From Antedon mediterranea (Eukaryota > Animalia > Echinodermata): DNA of 64,000 nucleotides. The DNA is taken from assembly GCF_964355755.1 (NCBI RefSeq), contig NC_092678.1:6154422-6218421 (forward strand), written 5' to 3'. The position numbers and the translations under genes are program-made. Below the pieces are notes generated by a model. It saw only the letters and a list, made by a program, of their open reading frames with translations. It made no database searches and was not told where the DNA came from. The stretch's first letter is position 1, and every line of letters starts with the position of its first letter. Positions 27,406-37,711 of the stretch are shown here, in pieces.

Positions 27406-29304
27406 TCAGGTCTCCAATACATTCAGTTCTATAGCAGAGGTTGTCTCGTTGTTTGCATTGTTGCCGTCGGAGGGTGTTTTCTTCCTAATTAGAAAGTATT
27501 TGGAGATTATAATTGCCAAAATAATGATGAAAACACAAAATATGATCGACCGAATCAACAATGTTGATTTTAAGTGCGTACTATCTTCTCTGCTAACGTT
27601 GTCTATAGGTACTTTATTAGGCATCGTTGTGATATCTTCCTGAATCTGCTCAAGAACCGTGACGTCAACGTGCAATACATCTTCCTGAACTTTATCAAGA
27701 TCTGTGACATTTAGTATTGTCGTATCTTCTTTGCTAATTTTGGATATCGGTATACGCGTCGTTGCGATATCTTCCTGAACAGTGACTTGATCAAGATCTG
27801 TGACGTCAACATTCAGTATCGCCGTATCTTCTTTGCTAATGTTGGATATCGGTATACGCGTCGTTGCGATATCTTCCTGAACAGTGACTTGATCAAGATC
27901 TGTGACGTCAACATTCAGTTTCGTCGTATCTTCTTTGCTAATGTTGGATATCGGTATACGCGTCGTTGCGATATCTTCCTGAACAGTGACTTGATCAAGA
28001 TCTGTGACATTAACATTCAGTTTCGTCGTATCTTCTTTGCTAATGTTGGATATCGGTATACGCGTCATTGCGATATCTTCCTGAACAGTGACTTGATCAA
28101 ATTTAGTGACGTCAACATTCAATATCGTCGTATCTTCACTGCTAATGTTGGATATCGGTATACTCGTCGTTGCGACATCAAGATCAACTCGATCAAGATC
28201 AATGACATCCATGTGCATTACATCGTTCTGAACAGTGCCTTGATCAAGATCAGTGACGTCAACATTTAGTATCTTAATATCTTCAATGTTGGGTGAAGAT
28301 ATAAGCGTCGTTGCGACATCAAGATGAACTTGATCAAGATCAGTGACGTCAATGTCCAGTACATCTTCCTGAACTTGATCAACCTCAATGACGTCAACAT
28401 TGAGTACCGTCGTATCTGAACCCTCTGAATATCCAACTCTAGCGGTGCACTTTACTACTGTTCCGTTTAAACCAATAGTTACATTGCGTATGGTTAATAA
28501 GTTTCTTTCGATAACCATGTCAATTTTTGGGAATGATTCCCATATGTACTTAACTTGAGTGACGCCATTATTTGGTAGAGAACAATTTACTACGGCGTCA
28601 TCGCCAGCAATCAGATTTGCTGACAGTAAAGCCACATTCAAACGACTTTTTCTCAATACATTGACTACGCAAGTATATGTTTCAGATTGGACTTTGAAAA
28701 AACACATGTACCGCTACATCATACCTTTTTCAAGGTTTGTAATACGCAACTTTCTTTCAATTCTTGCATTATTACGAGAAATGTTAAAAGTAGTATACTT
28801 TCTCCTTCTCGATTTTAACAAATCCTGGATTTCAAGATCTGGATACGAAAAGATTTGGCATTGTACAGTAACAGTACAGTCACCAAAGCAGTAATATTTG
28901 TTAGATGAGCACTGTGGTGTAGGTTGTGGCAAAACGCTAACGGTCAATGGTCTAGATTCCTCCATACTATTGTCATGACCAGTGATGACAATGCTGTACG
29001 AACCACTGTCAGAACTCCTCAAATTGGTTATTGTTATATCAATTACTTCAGAATGCCAACGAGACGTTTCATTAGAAATTCGAATATGATTACCATCTAC
29101 TGGTTGATTATTCTTCTTCAACTGATAATCTTTCACACAAAAGTTACATCTGCTAACATGACATACAGCTGTCAGCGTTTGGCCAACAAAGTAGTAATCA
29201 TTTACAGGATAATGATGACAATGAACATTTTGTTCCGACATACAACTTACATCGAAGAAGATACAAATGAACACTGCTACAACACAGGTGTATACAAACT
29301 TCAT
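27406..29304 (-). pseudogene. Ig membrane protein paralog 4 with in-frame TAG (Trp codon) and expanded repeat stalk (632 codons if read through)
   Basis: ORFs 28714-29304 and 27406-28707 are in the same frame; GMM*RYMC versus MMWRYTC in paralogs. Confidence 0.85.
27690..28190 (-). repeat. Coding tandem repeat, 102 bp / 34 aa, ~5 copies
   Basis: gatatcttcctgaac at 27766, 27868, 27970, 28072; unit LNVDVTDLDQVTVQEDIATTRIPISNISKEDTTK. Confidence 0.95.
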
Positions 29305-30347
29305 AGTGCTTTACACATATAATATGCTGTGTCCGATCTAGTCGCTGATCAATGCTTCTGAAAATCAATTCTCAAACTGTCGGCAATAAACAGTTCATGC
29401 CTGTTGCTTGAATTATTATTGATCAATAAATATTGTTTGTTTCGTTTTGAGGTATTTATCTTTCTTTGTTGTGGGGGATTTTATGTAGCAAAATAAAATA
29501 ATTGATTAACATAAAGGGAAGGGGAAAACATACAACGTAAAGATGCAATAAAGGATGCAAATATAAAATAACGAATGGCTATAATAGACACGAAGAAATG
29601 ACTGGAAGCTGTTTCTAATTGGTGGCGTATAAAGAGGATTCTGGGATAGTGTTTTGGAATAACATTAATCGATACAGTCTATTTTAAGGATCTGAGAAAA
29701 CGTCTCATAAAAACAATATTTTGTAATCATTTTCAAGTTTATTATACACTTTCTAACCAAACATCTCGGCATCATTTCTTTGAATTAAAAAAAACCGCGA
29801 TCAATAAAACAAGTATTTCCTCATAAAGTAAATCAGACAAACCTGGTTATTACAGTTATAATTTCAACAGTTTCCACATTACCTGGTTATTGTAGTTACA
29901 AAAAGTATCATTAATATTCCATAAAGTAAAACAATTTCCAAAATAATTCTATTTTAGTAGTTTAGTTGGTTCCATGTTCATTAAAGACGCATGATTCCAT
30001 GATCTTATTGTCCACTCAGGAAGGAGCGAGATTCTCTGGTTCCATCATATTTTTAATGCTATATTGTCCTTGTGTTTCCTCTTTTTCTCTTCCTTCAGCT
30101 TTCTATTCCATAATATTCTTTGTAGTTGGTTGGTTCTTATGGGACGACATATTAATATTTTCCTTTTTTGTTTTAATTGGAATCTTCCTTTAAATCACTT
30201 TTCAGGTATATTGTTACATTGTCCCTGTATATTTTTAGCATCCTTTTTAATAATTATCATTAATATATGATGTGGACAATTTATATTTGGCTCATTTGCA
30301 ACCCTCCCCACACCGATACATCCAGTTCTATAGCAGCAGAGGCTATG

Positions 30348-31445
30348 TCATTTCTTACTATTGCCATTGCAATGACTTTTCTTTCGAATCTGAATGTGTT
30401 TTGTGATTAATATTCCCAACATAATGATAAACACACATACTACAATCGATCGAATCAATATTAATTTTAAGGGAAATTCTCGGCTAACCGTTAAGATGTC
30501 TTCCTGAACTTGATTAAGATCTGTGACGTCAACATTCAGTGTCGTCGTATCTGAACCCTCTGAATATTCACCTCTAGCGGTACACTTTACTTGTGTCCCG
30601 TTTAAACCAATATTTACATTGTGTATGATTAAATTGTTACTTTTGTTAATCATGTCAATTTTCGGGAATGATTCCCATATATATTCAACCTGAGTGACGT
30701 CATTGTTGCTCGATAGAAAACAATTAAAAACTGCGTCTTCGCCTTCAATCAGATTGTCCGATGTTAAAGAAACATTCAAACGACTTTTTACTAATACATT
30801 TACTGCGCAGGTATACCATTTGGATTGAACTTTGAAAAAACACGTATACCGCCACATCATAGCCTTTTCATTGCCTGTAATACGGAATTCTTTTTCAATT
30901 CTTGTATTATTACTTGACATTTTATATGTATACTTTATCTCTTCCGATGTCAACGAATTTTGGAATTGAAGATCTGGATAGGAAAACATTTGGCATTGTA
31001 CAGTGACAGTACAGTCACCAATACAGTAATCTTTGCCAGACGAACACTGTGGTGTAGGTTGTGGAAAAACGATGACGTTAACGATAGATTCCTGTACAAC
31101 ATTATCATGACGAGTGACGAGAATGCTGTACACACCACTGTCAGAAATCGTCACATTGGCTATTGTTATATAAATGTTTAATGTTTCAGAATCCCAAGTA
31201 GACGTTTGATTAGAAATGGAGATACGATTGTCATCTACTGGTTGATTATTCTTCCTCCACTGATAATGTTTTGCACAATAGTTACATCTGTAAACATAAC
31301 ATGTAGCTCTCAACGTATCGCCAGCAATGTAGTAATCATTAAGAGTGGCGTAACAATGAACATCTGGTTGCTGCGCCAAAATATAACTTACGTCAAAGAA
31401 AAAGAACACGAACACTGCTACAACACAAGTGGCTACAGACTTCAT
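30348..31445 (-). CDS. Ig membrane protein paralog 5 (365 aa, intact through TM, very short tail)
   Basis: Signal peptide, 3 Ig-like domains, TM; a +1 nt shift near the end replaces the NDxASAxIEL motif of other paralogs with KK*. Confidence 0.88.
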   Translation of the reverse strand: MKSVATCVVAVFVFFFFDVSYILAQQPDVHCYATLNDYYIAGDTLRATCYVYRCNYCAKHYQWRKNNQPVDDNRISISNQTSTWDSETLNIYITIANVTISDSGVYSILVTRHDNVVQESIVNVIVFPQPTPQCSSGKDYCIGDCTVTVQCQMFSYPDLQFQNSLTSEEIKYTYKMSSNNTRIEKEFRITGNEKAMMWRYTCFFKVQSKWYTCAVNVLVKSRLNVSLTSDNLIEGEDAVFNCFLSSNNDVTQVEYIWESFPKIDMINKSNNLIIHNVNIGLNGTQVKCTARGEYSEGSDTTTLNVDVTDLNQVQEDILTVSREFPLKLILIRSIVVCVFIIMLGILITKHIQIRKKSHCNGNSKK

Positions 31446-31935
31446 AGTGCTTAAGACATATAATATATGGGGTGTACAATTTATCGCTGCTCAATGCTTG
31501 TGAATATAAATTCTAAAACTGTCGACAACAAATTATAGTTCGTGTATCTTTACAGGTGATCATCAGATAAAATACTGCTACTTTCACGGATTAGTTTTGT
31601 TCGCGTGCGACATGACTGTTCAATATGAAAGGTCCTATCATATCAAAAAATCGTCTCACGCGATATTGATATATATTGATAACTTCCATAAAAAAAGGTC
31701 AGGGAAGAGCGAGATTTTCTGGTCGTATTTGTAAAGCTATGTTGTCGTTGTTTTCGCTCGTTTCTCTTCCTTCAACTTTCTCTTCCGTGTTCATTCTTTG
31801 AAGTTTGTCGTTTTCATTGGCGTCTTCTTTTAAATCACTCTTCAGTTCATTTGTTACATTGATATATTTAGCATTATTTTTAATATACATTAATATTACA
31901 ACTGACACCATGTGAAAAGTATCTACGTCCCGGGG

Positions 31936-33132
31936 TCAGTCCTCTCTATCCGATGATGCATTAAGTTGTACAGCAGAAGCTGTGTCGTTGCCAATAGAAT
32001 GCTTTTTCTTTCGGATGTATTTTGTGATTAAAATTCCCAACATTATGATAAAAACACAAAATATGATCGATCGAATTAACAATATTGATGTTGAGTACAT
32101 ATCATCTTGTCGGCTAATATTGGATATGGAATGCGTCGTTGCAATGTTTTCCTGAACTTGATCAAGATCAAGATCCGTGACGTCAACGGGCAGTACATCT
32201 TGCTGAACTTGATCAAGATCTGTGACGTCAACATTCAGTATCGTCGTATCTGAACCCTCCGAATATTCACCTCTGGCGGTGCACTTTACTTCTGTCCCGT
32301 TTAAACCAATAGTTACATTGCGTATGATTAAACTGTTACTTTTGTTAATCATGTCAAATTTCGGGAACGATTCCCAGATGTACTCAACTTGAGTGACGTC
32401 ATTTTTTGGCAGAGAACAATTTAAAACTGCATCATTCCCCTCAATCACATTTACTGAAGTTAAAGAAACATTTAATCGACTTTTTACAAACACATCAACT
32501 GCGCAAGTATACATTTCAGATTTCACTTCCAATTTACACAAGTACTTAACCACCCTTTGATCATGATCTGTAATACGAAATTGTCTTTCAAATATCACAT
32601 TATTATCTGAAATTGTAAAATTATACTCGCTCTCTTGCCGAGTCGACCAATGTTGGAAAAGAAGATCTGGATAGGAAAAGATTTGGCATTGTACAGTGAC
32701 ACTGCAATCACCAATGCAATAATCTTTGTCAGACGAGCACTGTGCTGCAGGTTGTGGCAAAACGCTAATGTTAAAGGGTAGAGATTCCACTATATCATTA
32801 TCTTTACGTATGATGAGAATGCTGTACAAACCACTATCAGAAATTCTCAAATTGGTTATTGATATTTCAAATTGAAATTGCCAATCAACGGTTTCTTGAG
32901 AAATGCGGATACGATTGTCATCTACTGGTTGATTATTCTTCTTTAACTGATAATTTCTTACACAATAGTAACAACTGTAAACATAACATCCAGTGGTCAG
33001 CGTTTGTCCAACAAAGTAGTAATCATCGGGAGGATAGTAGTAACAATAAGGATTTAGCTGCTGTGCTGACATATAACTTACATCAAAGAAGAAAATGAAC
33101 ACTGCTACAACACAGGTGGTTACAGACCTCAT
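31936..33132 (-). CDS. Ig membrane protein paralog 6 (398 aa, intact)
   Basis: ATG at 33132 (MRSVTTC); same architecture; its TGA is followed by an in-frame open extension to 31699. Confidence 0.88.
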   Translation of the reverse strand: MRSVTTCVVAVFIFFFDVSYMSAQQLNPYCYYYPPDDYYFVGQTLTTGCYVYSCYYCVRNYQLKKNNQPVDDNRIRISQETVDWQFQFEISITNLRISDSGLYSILIIRKDNDIVESLPFNISVLPQPAAQCSSDKDYCIGDCSVTVQCQIFSYPDLLFQHWSTRQESEYNFTISDNNVIFERQFRITDHDQRVVKYLCKLEVKSEMYTCAVDVFVKSRLNVSLTSVNVIEGNDAVLNCSLPKNDVTQVEYIWESFPKFDMINKSNSLIIRNVTIGLNGTEVKCTARGEYSEGSDTTILNVDVTDLDQVQQDVLPVDVTDLDLDQVQENIATTHSISNISRQDDMYSTSILLIRSIIFCVFIIMLGILITKYIRKKKHSIGNDTASAVQLNASSDRED

Positions 33133-34019
33133 AGTGCTTGTAATATGGTGTGTTTTATCACTGCTCAATTCTTATAAACATCAATTCTCAAAACTGCCGA
33201 CAAAGTTCGTGTCTGAATTCTCAGGAATATTGATAATAATTCATTATTGTTAGTTTCGAGTATCAGGGTTTTTATTTTGTTTACGTTGTGACAAAATGGA
33301 AAAACTAATTTTTAAAATACAAAATGAAGGAAAAATATCCGCACACACTTGAAGGTGCAATCAAAGATGGAAACACTTAAACACTGATTTACACGAAGAC
33401 AAATGAATATGACTTAAACTATTAAATGTAAGGTCTAAAGGATTCTGGGATAGTGTTTTGTAAGGTAATTAAGTCTTCACACATTAATACATCAGTATTG
33501 CATCTGAGTAAACTGTCTCATAAAAACAATGTATTGGAATCAGTTTTGAACTTCATTATAAATCGTCTACTGCATAATTCTTAACTGCGAACAATAAAAG
33601 TAACCATTTCCTCAAAGCGTAAAGTTATTTTTAAAGTTAAAAAAAGTTACATTAATATTCTAAAAAGTTATCGACCATAAGTAACAGCTTATTCTATTTA
33701 GTAGTTTAGTTGGTTCCATTTACATCATTGTCGTCTAATGCCATGACCGCATCTTCTTATTGTTCGTATTGTTCAAGGAAGAGTGAGAATCTCAGGTTCC
33801 ATCATTATTTTCTAGCAACGTTCTATCTCCTTGTTCTTCCTCATTCCTTCATATTTCTCTTCCGTAATCATTCTTTTGAGTTGGTTGGAGCTTGTGTACA
33901 CAAAATATTGATATTCCTTTGATTTTTATTGGCGTCTTCTTTTTATTTACATGTTTGTATCTTGTCTCTACAATCTTTAGCATTTTCTAAATATTGCATC
34001 CAGGGCTCATTTTCAGCCG

Positions 34020-35231
34020 TCATGCATTCAGTTCTACAGCAGAGGTTGTGTCGTTTGTATTATTGCTAGCGGAAAGTGCTTTCTTCTTAATGCAAAGGTA
34101 TTTGCTGATTATAAATGCCAAAATAATAAACACACAAAATATGATTGAACGAATAAAAAATATTGATCTTGAGTTAACATAATTCTCCCTGCTAATTTTG
34201 GTAGTAGGTAAACCAACCGCTGAGACATTAGGATGAACTTCATCAAGATCCGTGACGTCAACGGGAAGTGTATCTTCCTGAACTTGATTAAGATCTGTGA
34301 CGCCAACATTCAGTATCGTCGTATCTGAACCCTCTGAATATTCACCTCTAGCGGTGCAATTTACTTCTGTTCCGTTTAAACCATTAGTTACATTGCGTAT
34401 GGTTAAACTGTTACTTTTGTTAATCATGTCAATTTTCGGGAATGATTCCCATATATATTCAACCCGAGTGACGTCATTGTTGCTCGATAGAGAACAATTA
34501 AAAACTGCGTCTTCGCCTTCAATCAGATTGTCCGATGTTAAAGAAACATTCAAACGACTTTTTACTAATACATTTACTGCGCAGGTATACCATTTGGATT
34601 GAACTTTGAAAAAACACGTATACCGCCACATCATAGCCTTTTCATTGCCTGTAATACGGAATTCTTTTTCAATTCTTGTATTATTACCTGAAATTTTATA
34701 TGTATACTTTATCTCTTCCGTTTTCAACGAATTTTGGAATTGAAGATCTGGGTACGAAAACATTTGGCATTGTACAGTGACAGTACAATCACCAATACAG
34801 TAATCTTTGTCAGACGAACACTGTGGTGTAGGTTGTGGAAAAACGATGACGTTAACGATAGATTCCTGTACAACATTATCATGACGAGTGACGAGAATGC
34901 TGTACACACCACTGTCAGAAATCGTCACATTGGCTATTGTTATATAAATGTTTAATGTTTCAGAATCCCAAGTAGTCGTTTGATTAGAAATGGAGATACG
35001 ATTGTCATCTACTGGTTGATTATTCTTCCTCCACTGATAATTTTTTACACAATCGTCACATCTGTCAACATAACATCTACCTTTTATCGTATCACCGGCA
35101 ATATAGAAACCACTGGGATGCCCCCAGTTGTAGGCGTAACAACGAATATCTGGTTGCTGCGCCGAAATATAACTTGCATCAAAGAAGATGAAAATGAACA
35201 CTGTTACAACACAGGTGGCTACAGACTTCAT
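34020..35231 (-). CDS. Ig membrane protein paralog 7 (403 aa, intact)
   Basis: Same architecture; D1 retains the C-strand Trp (YQWRK) and DSGVYS. Confidence 0.88.
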   Translation of the reverse strand: MKSVATCVVTVFIFIFFDASYISAQQPDIRCYAYNWGHPSGFYIAGDTIKGRCYVDRCDDCVKNYQWRKNNQPVDDNRISISNQTTTWDSETLNIYITIANVTISDSGVYSILVTRHDNVVQESIVNVIVFPQPTPQCSSDKDYCIGDCTVTVQCQMFSYPDLQFQNSLKTEEIKYTYKISGNNTRIEKEFRITGNEKAMMWRYTCFFKVQSKWYTCAVNVLVKSRLNVSLTSDNLIEGEDAVFNCSLSSNNDVTRVEYIWESFPKIDMINKSNSLTIRNVTNGLNGTEVNCTARGEYSEGSDTTILNVGVTDLNQVQEDTLPVDVTDLDEVHPNVSAVGLPTTKISRENYVNSRSIFFIRSIIFCVFIILAFIISKYLCIKKKALSASNNTNDTTSAVELNA

Positions 35232-36272
35232 AGTGCTTTGGACATATAATATTGTGTGTGCAATTTATCGCTGCTCAATGCTTGTGAATTCTTAAACTTC
35301 CGGAAAAACCAGTTCGTTCCTTCACGGTATAAACGTTACATCGGATCGGAGGAAAACTACCGGAGTTATATCAGGTATACATCAGAGTTACCGAAACAGA
35401 TGAATAAGAGAGTTAACTGATCACACGAGCATTTACATCAGATGTACTGTAACTCGGATAACCTTAATCAATTCTGTATGTTACGCTTGCGCGTGTGAAC
35501 ACAGCTAAATGTGTGTAAATATTTTCTAGATACTATAAATGCTGTAAAATATAAAGTCTCCAAATTTCGTAAATAAACGTCTGCGCCGGCAGCTATACAA
35601 CTCACAACTGATACGAACAAGAAGACCATTATTAGTTTCACGTTCAGATCTTGGTCTTGTGAGTTTATAACATAAGTAAAAGGTGCCAGAAAGACGCAAA
35701 AATAAAACATTTGAAAATCGGATTGGATATATCGATACGAAGACAAATAAATATGACTGCAAACTTGTAAATATATTCTTGAATCGACCCTGGGCTGCAA
35801 ATAAATAATACGATGCTTGCCAAACATAAAGAGATATCTTAGTGGGGTATTATATTTGTCCATAGCCGCAAGATACGCATATTTTGTTAAGCGTTCTGGT
35901 ATTTTTTCTGGCACAACACCTTCCTTTACATCTGGTTTATTCAGGAGGGCATAATAACACATTCTACGCGGGGGTGGGGGTGTGGCATTAAGATCGAACA
36001 GCCCCCTAGATCACCCCACCGATGTTAATTATAAGTCTTCATCTTATTGATATTATAAATTCAATTCAATTGCCAACATATTTTCTTTCAATCCGTTAGA
36101 TGCGGTTTATCAAACGTTATGATTAAACATACAAAACGTTATACAGTAAAAACACCTATTACGGAGACACATCTGGAACTTAAAAAATGTCCCTTTAAGA
36201 TGGTGTCCCCTTAATAGGGGAAAAGAGGTGTCCGCCTCAAAGGAGGGATTCGCTGTATTAACAAGGCCATTT

Positions 36273-36452
36273 AAATTCTGATTGTATAAAAGTTAAATTC
36301 TGATTGTATAAAAGTTAAAAATTCTGATTGTATAAAAGTAAAAAATTCTGATTGTATAAAAGTAAAAAATTCTGATTGTATAAAAGTAAAAAATTCTGAT
36401 TGTATAAAAGTTAAAAATTCTGATTGTATAAAAGTTAAAAAGTTAAAAATTC
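36273..36452. repeat. Minisatellite, 23-25-bp unit aaattctgattgtataaaagt(t)aa, ~6 copies
   Basis: Direct reading. Confidence 0.95.
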
Positions 36453-37711
36453 AAAGTAGGTACAATCATGTTAATAAAAATATGAAAAGTTAAAAATCTA
36501 TAGAATATGAAAAGTTAAAAATCTATTTCATATTCGTAAAGCGTTTTCGTGTTGACGAATATCACCAGTCATATTCTTAACTACAAAACGAGTATAGTTT
36601 TTGATCTATTTTGCACATTTTGCATTTGAATCATGACTGATTCATGATTATAATATAATTATAGATTTATTGAAAGTAATTTACTAAAGTAATTTACTAA
36701 AATGCTAGGTCAATTTTGATAAATAGCGGTTTTTAAAGTCCTCACTCGCTTTGATGTCACGCTAGGCCTAGGCAGCCAAGCAGTAATTATATGAACACTT
36801 ATTGTTTGCGGCTATTAGAGATAAACCGATAATGGAAAGTTAAATATCAATTTTCAGCTGCCGTAAAAATGCAAAACACAAACAAAACCCCGCCAGACAC
36901 GACAATAAAATTCCATTTGATTTTGAAAAATTACGATAAAATAACTATGATATAAAAGGGTCAGTTTTATGTAATTGTGTGCGCAGTGATTCTCACAGTG
37001 TTTAATACAATATCTTAATTAATACACGTTTTCAGCTGTTTGCCAAATGCAGACGGCAATGTTCACAAAAAGAGAAGAAAGTCTAAAAAAATATTTTGTT
37101 ATTTTGATATTTCAAATAAATAATTCGATTGTTTGCGGTAAGAGATGAATCGATAGTGACAATTGAATATGAAATTAAAGGGGGAAACACCAGGTCAACA
37201 TTAAGGAACTTATAATAATCAGATCTTGGGCTGGAATGTACGTATATGGTAAAGAATTGGACAAGTGATAAATGATTTATAATTTAAGTATTTTTAAATA
37301 CAATACATCTTTAAAAATATGGGGGGGGGGGGGGGACAATAGGCCTACATCTTTTAAAATAATCAAATAAACCACAAATGGGGATACATTCTCATTCGGT
37401 TATCTGCTTTCTTTATATAGGGATATGGACTATGTCCAAGTTAGTAATTATGTTTGATAATTCTTTAATTATTTAAAACAGTTTTAACGCGATGTTGTAC
37501 CTGTTGCACGGTCTCATATATCTCTTGTAGAGAACCATTTTGTGTTTGTTTTTGTCTTGTTGCCACAGCTGGTGGCGCTTTGTGTTTTTGGAAATGAAAT
37601 AATAAAAAAAAAAATGAAAAAAAAAGGTCTCATCTATCAACCGATTCTCTGGATTTATTTGAATTTTATCAAAATTCCAGAAATTTGAATTTTATCCAAA
37701 TTCCAGAAATT

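Noticed and set aside
18092-35231. V(D)J-like somatic rearrangement of the Ig array
   Set aside because: Each copy is a complete gene; I saw no recombination-signal heptamer/nonamer pairs, separate segments or recombinase in the window
18333-35249. Plus-strand ORFs overlapping the Ig genes (18333-18779, 22034-22378, 24757-25203, 27787-28269, 34297-34602 and others)
   Set aside because: Antisense shadows of the minus-strand CDSs; their recurrence simply reflects paralogy
35468-35962. 164-aa minus-strand ORF just upstream of paralog 7
   Set aside because: No recognisable motif or similarity to the array; low-complexity AT-rich composition; cannot be supported without expression data
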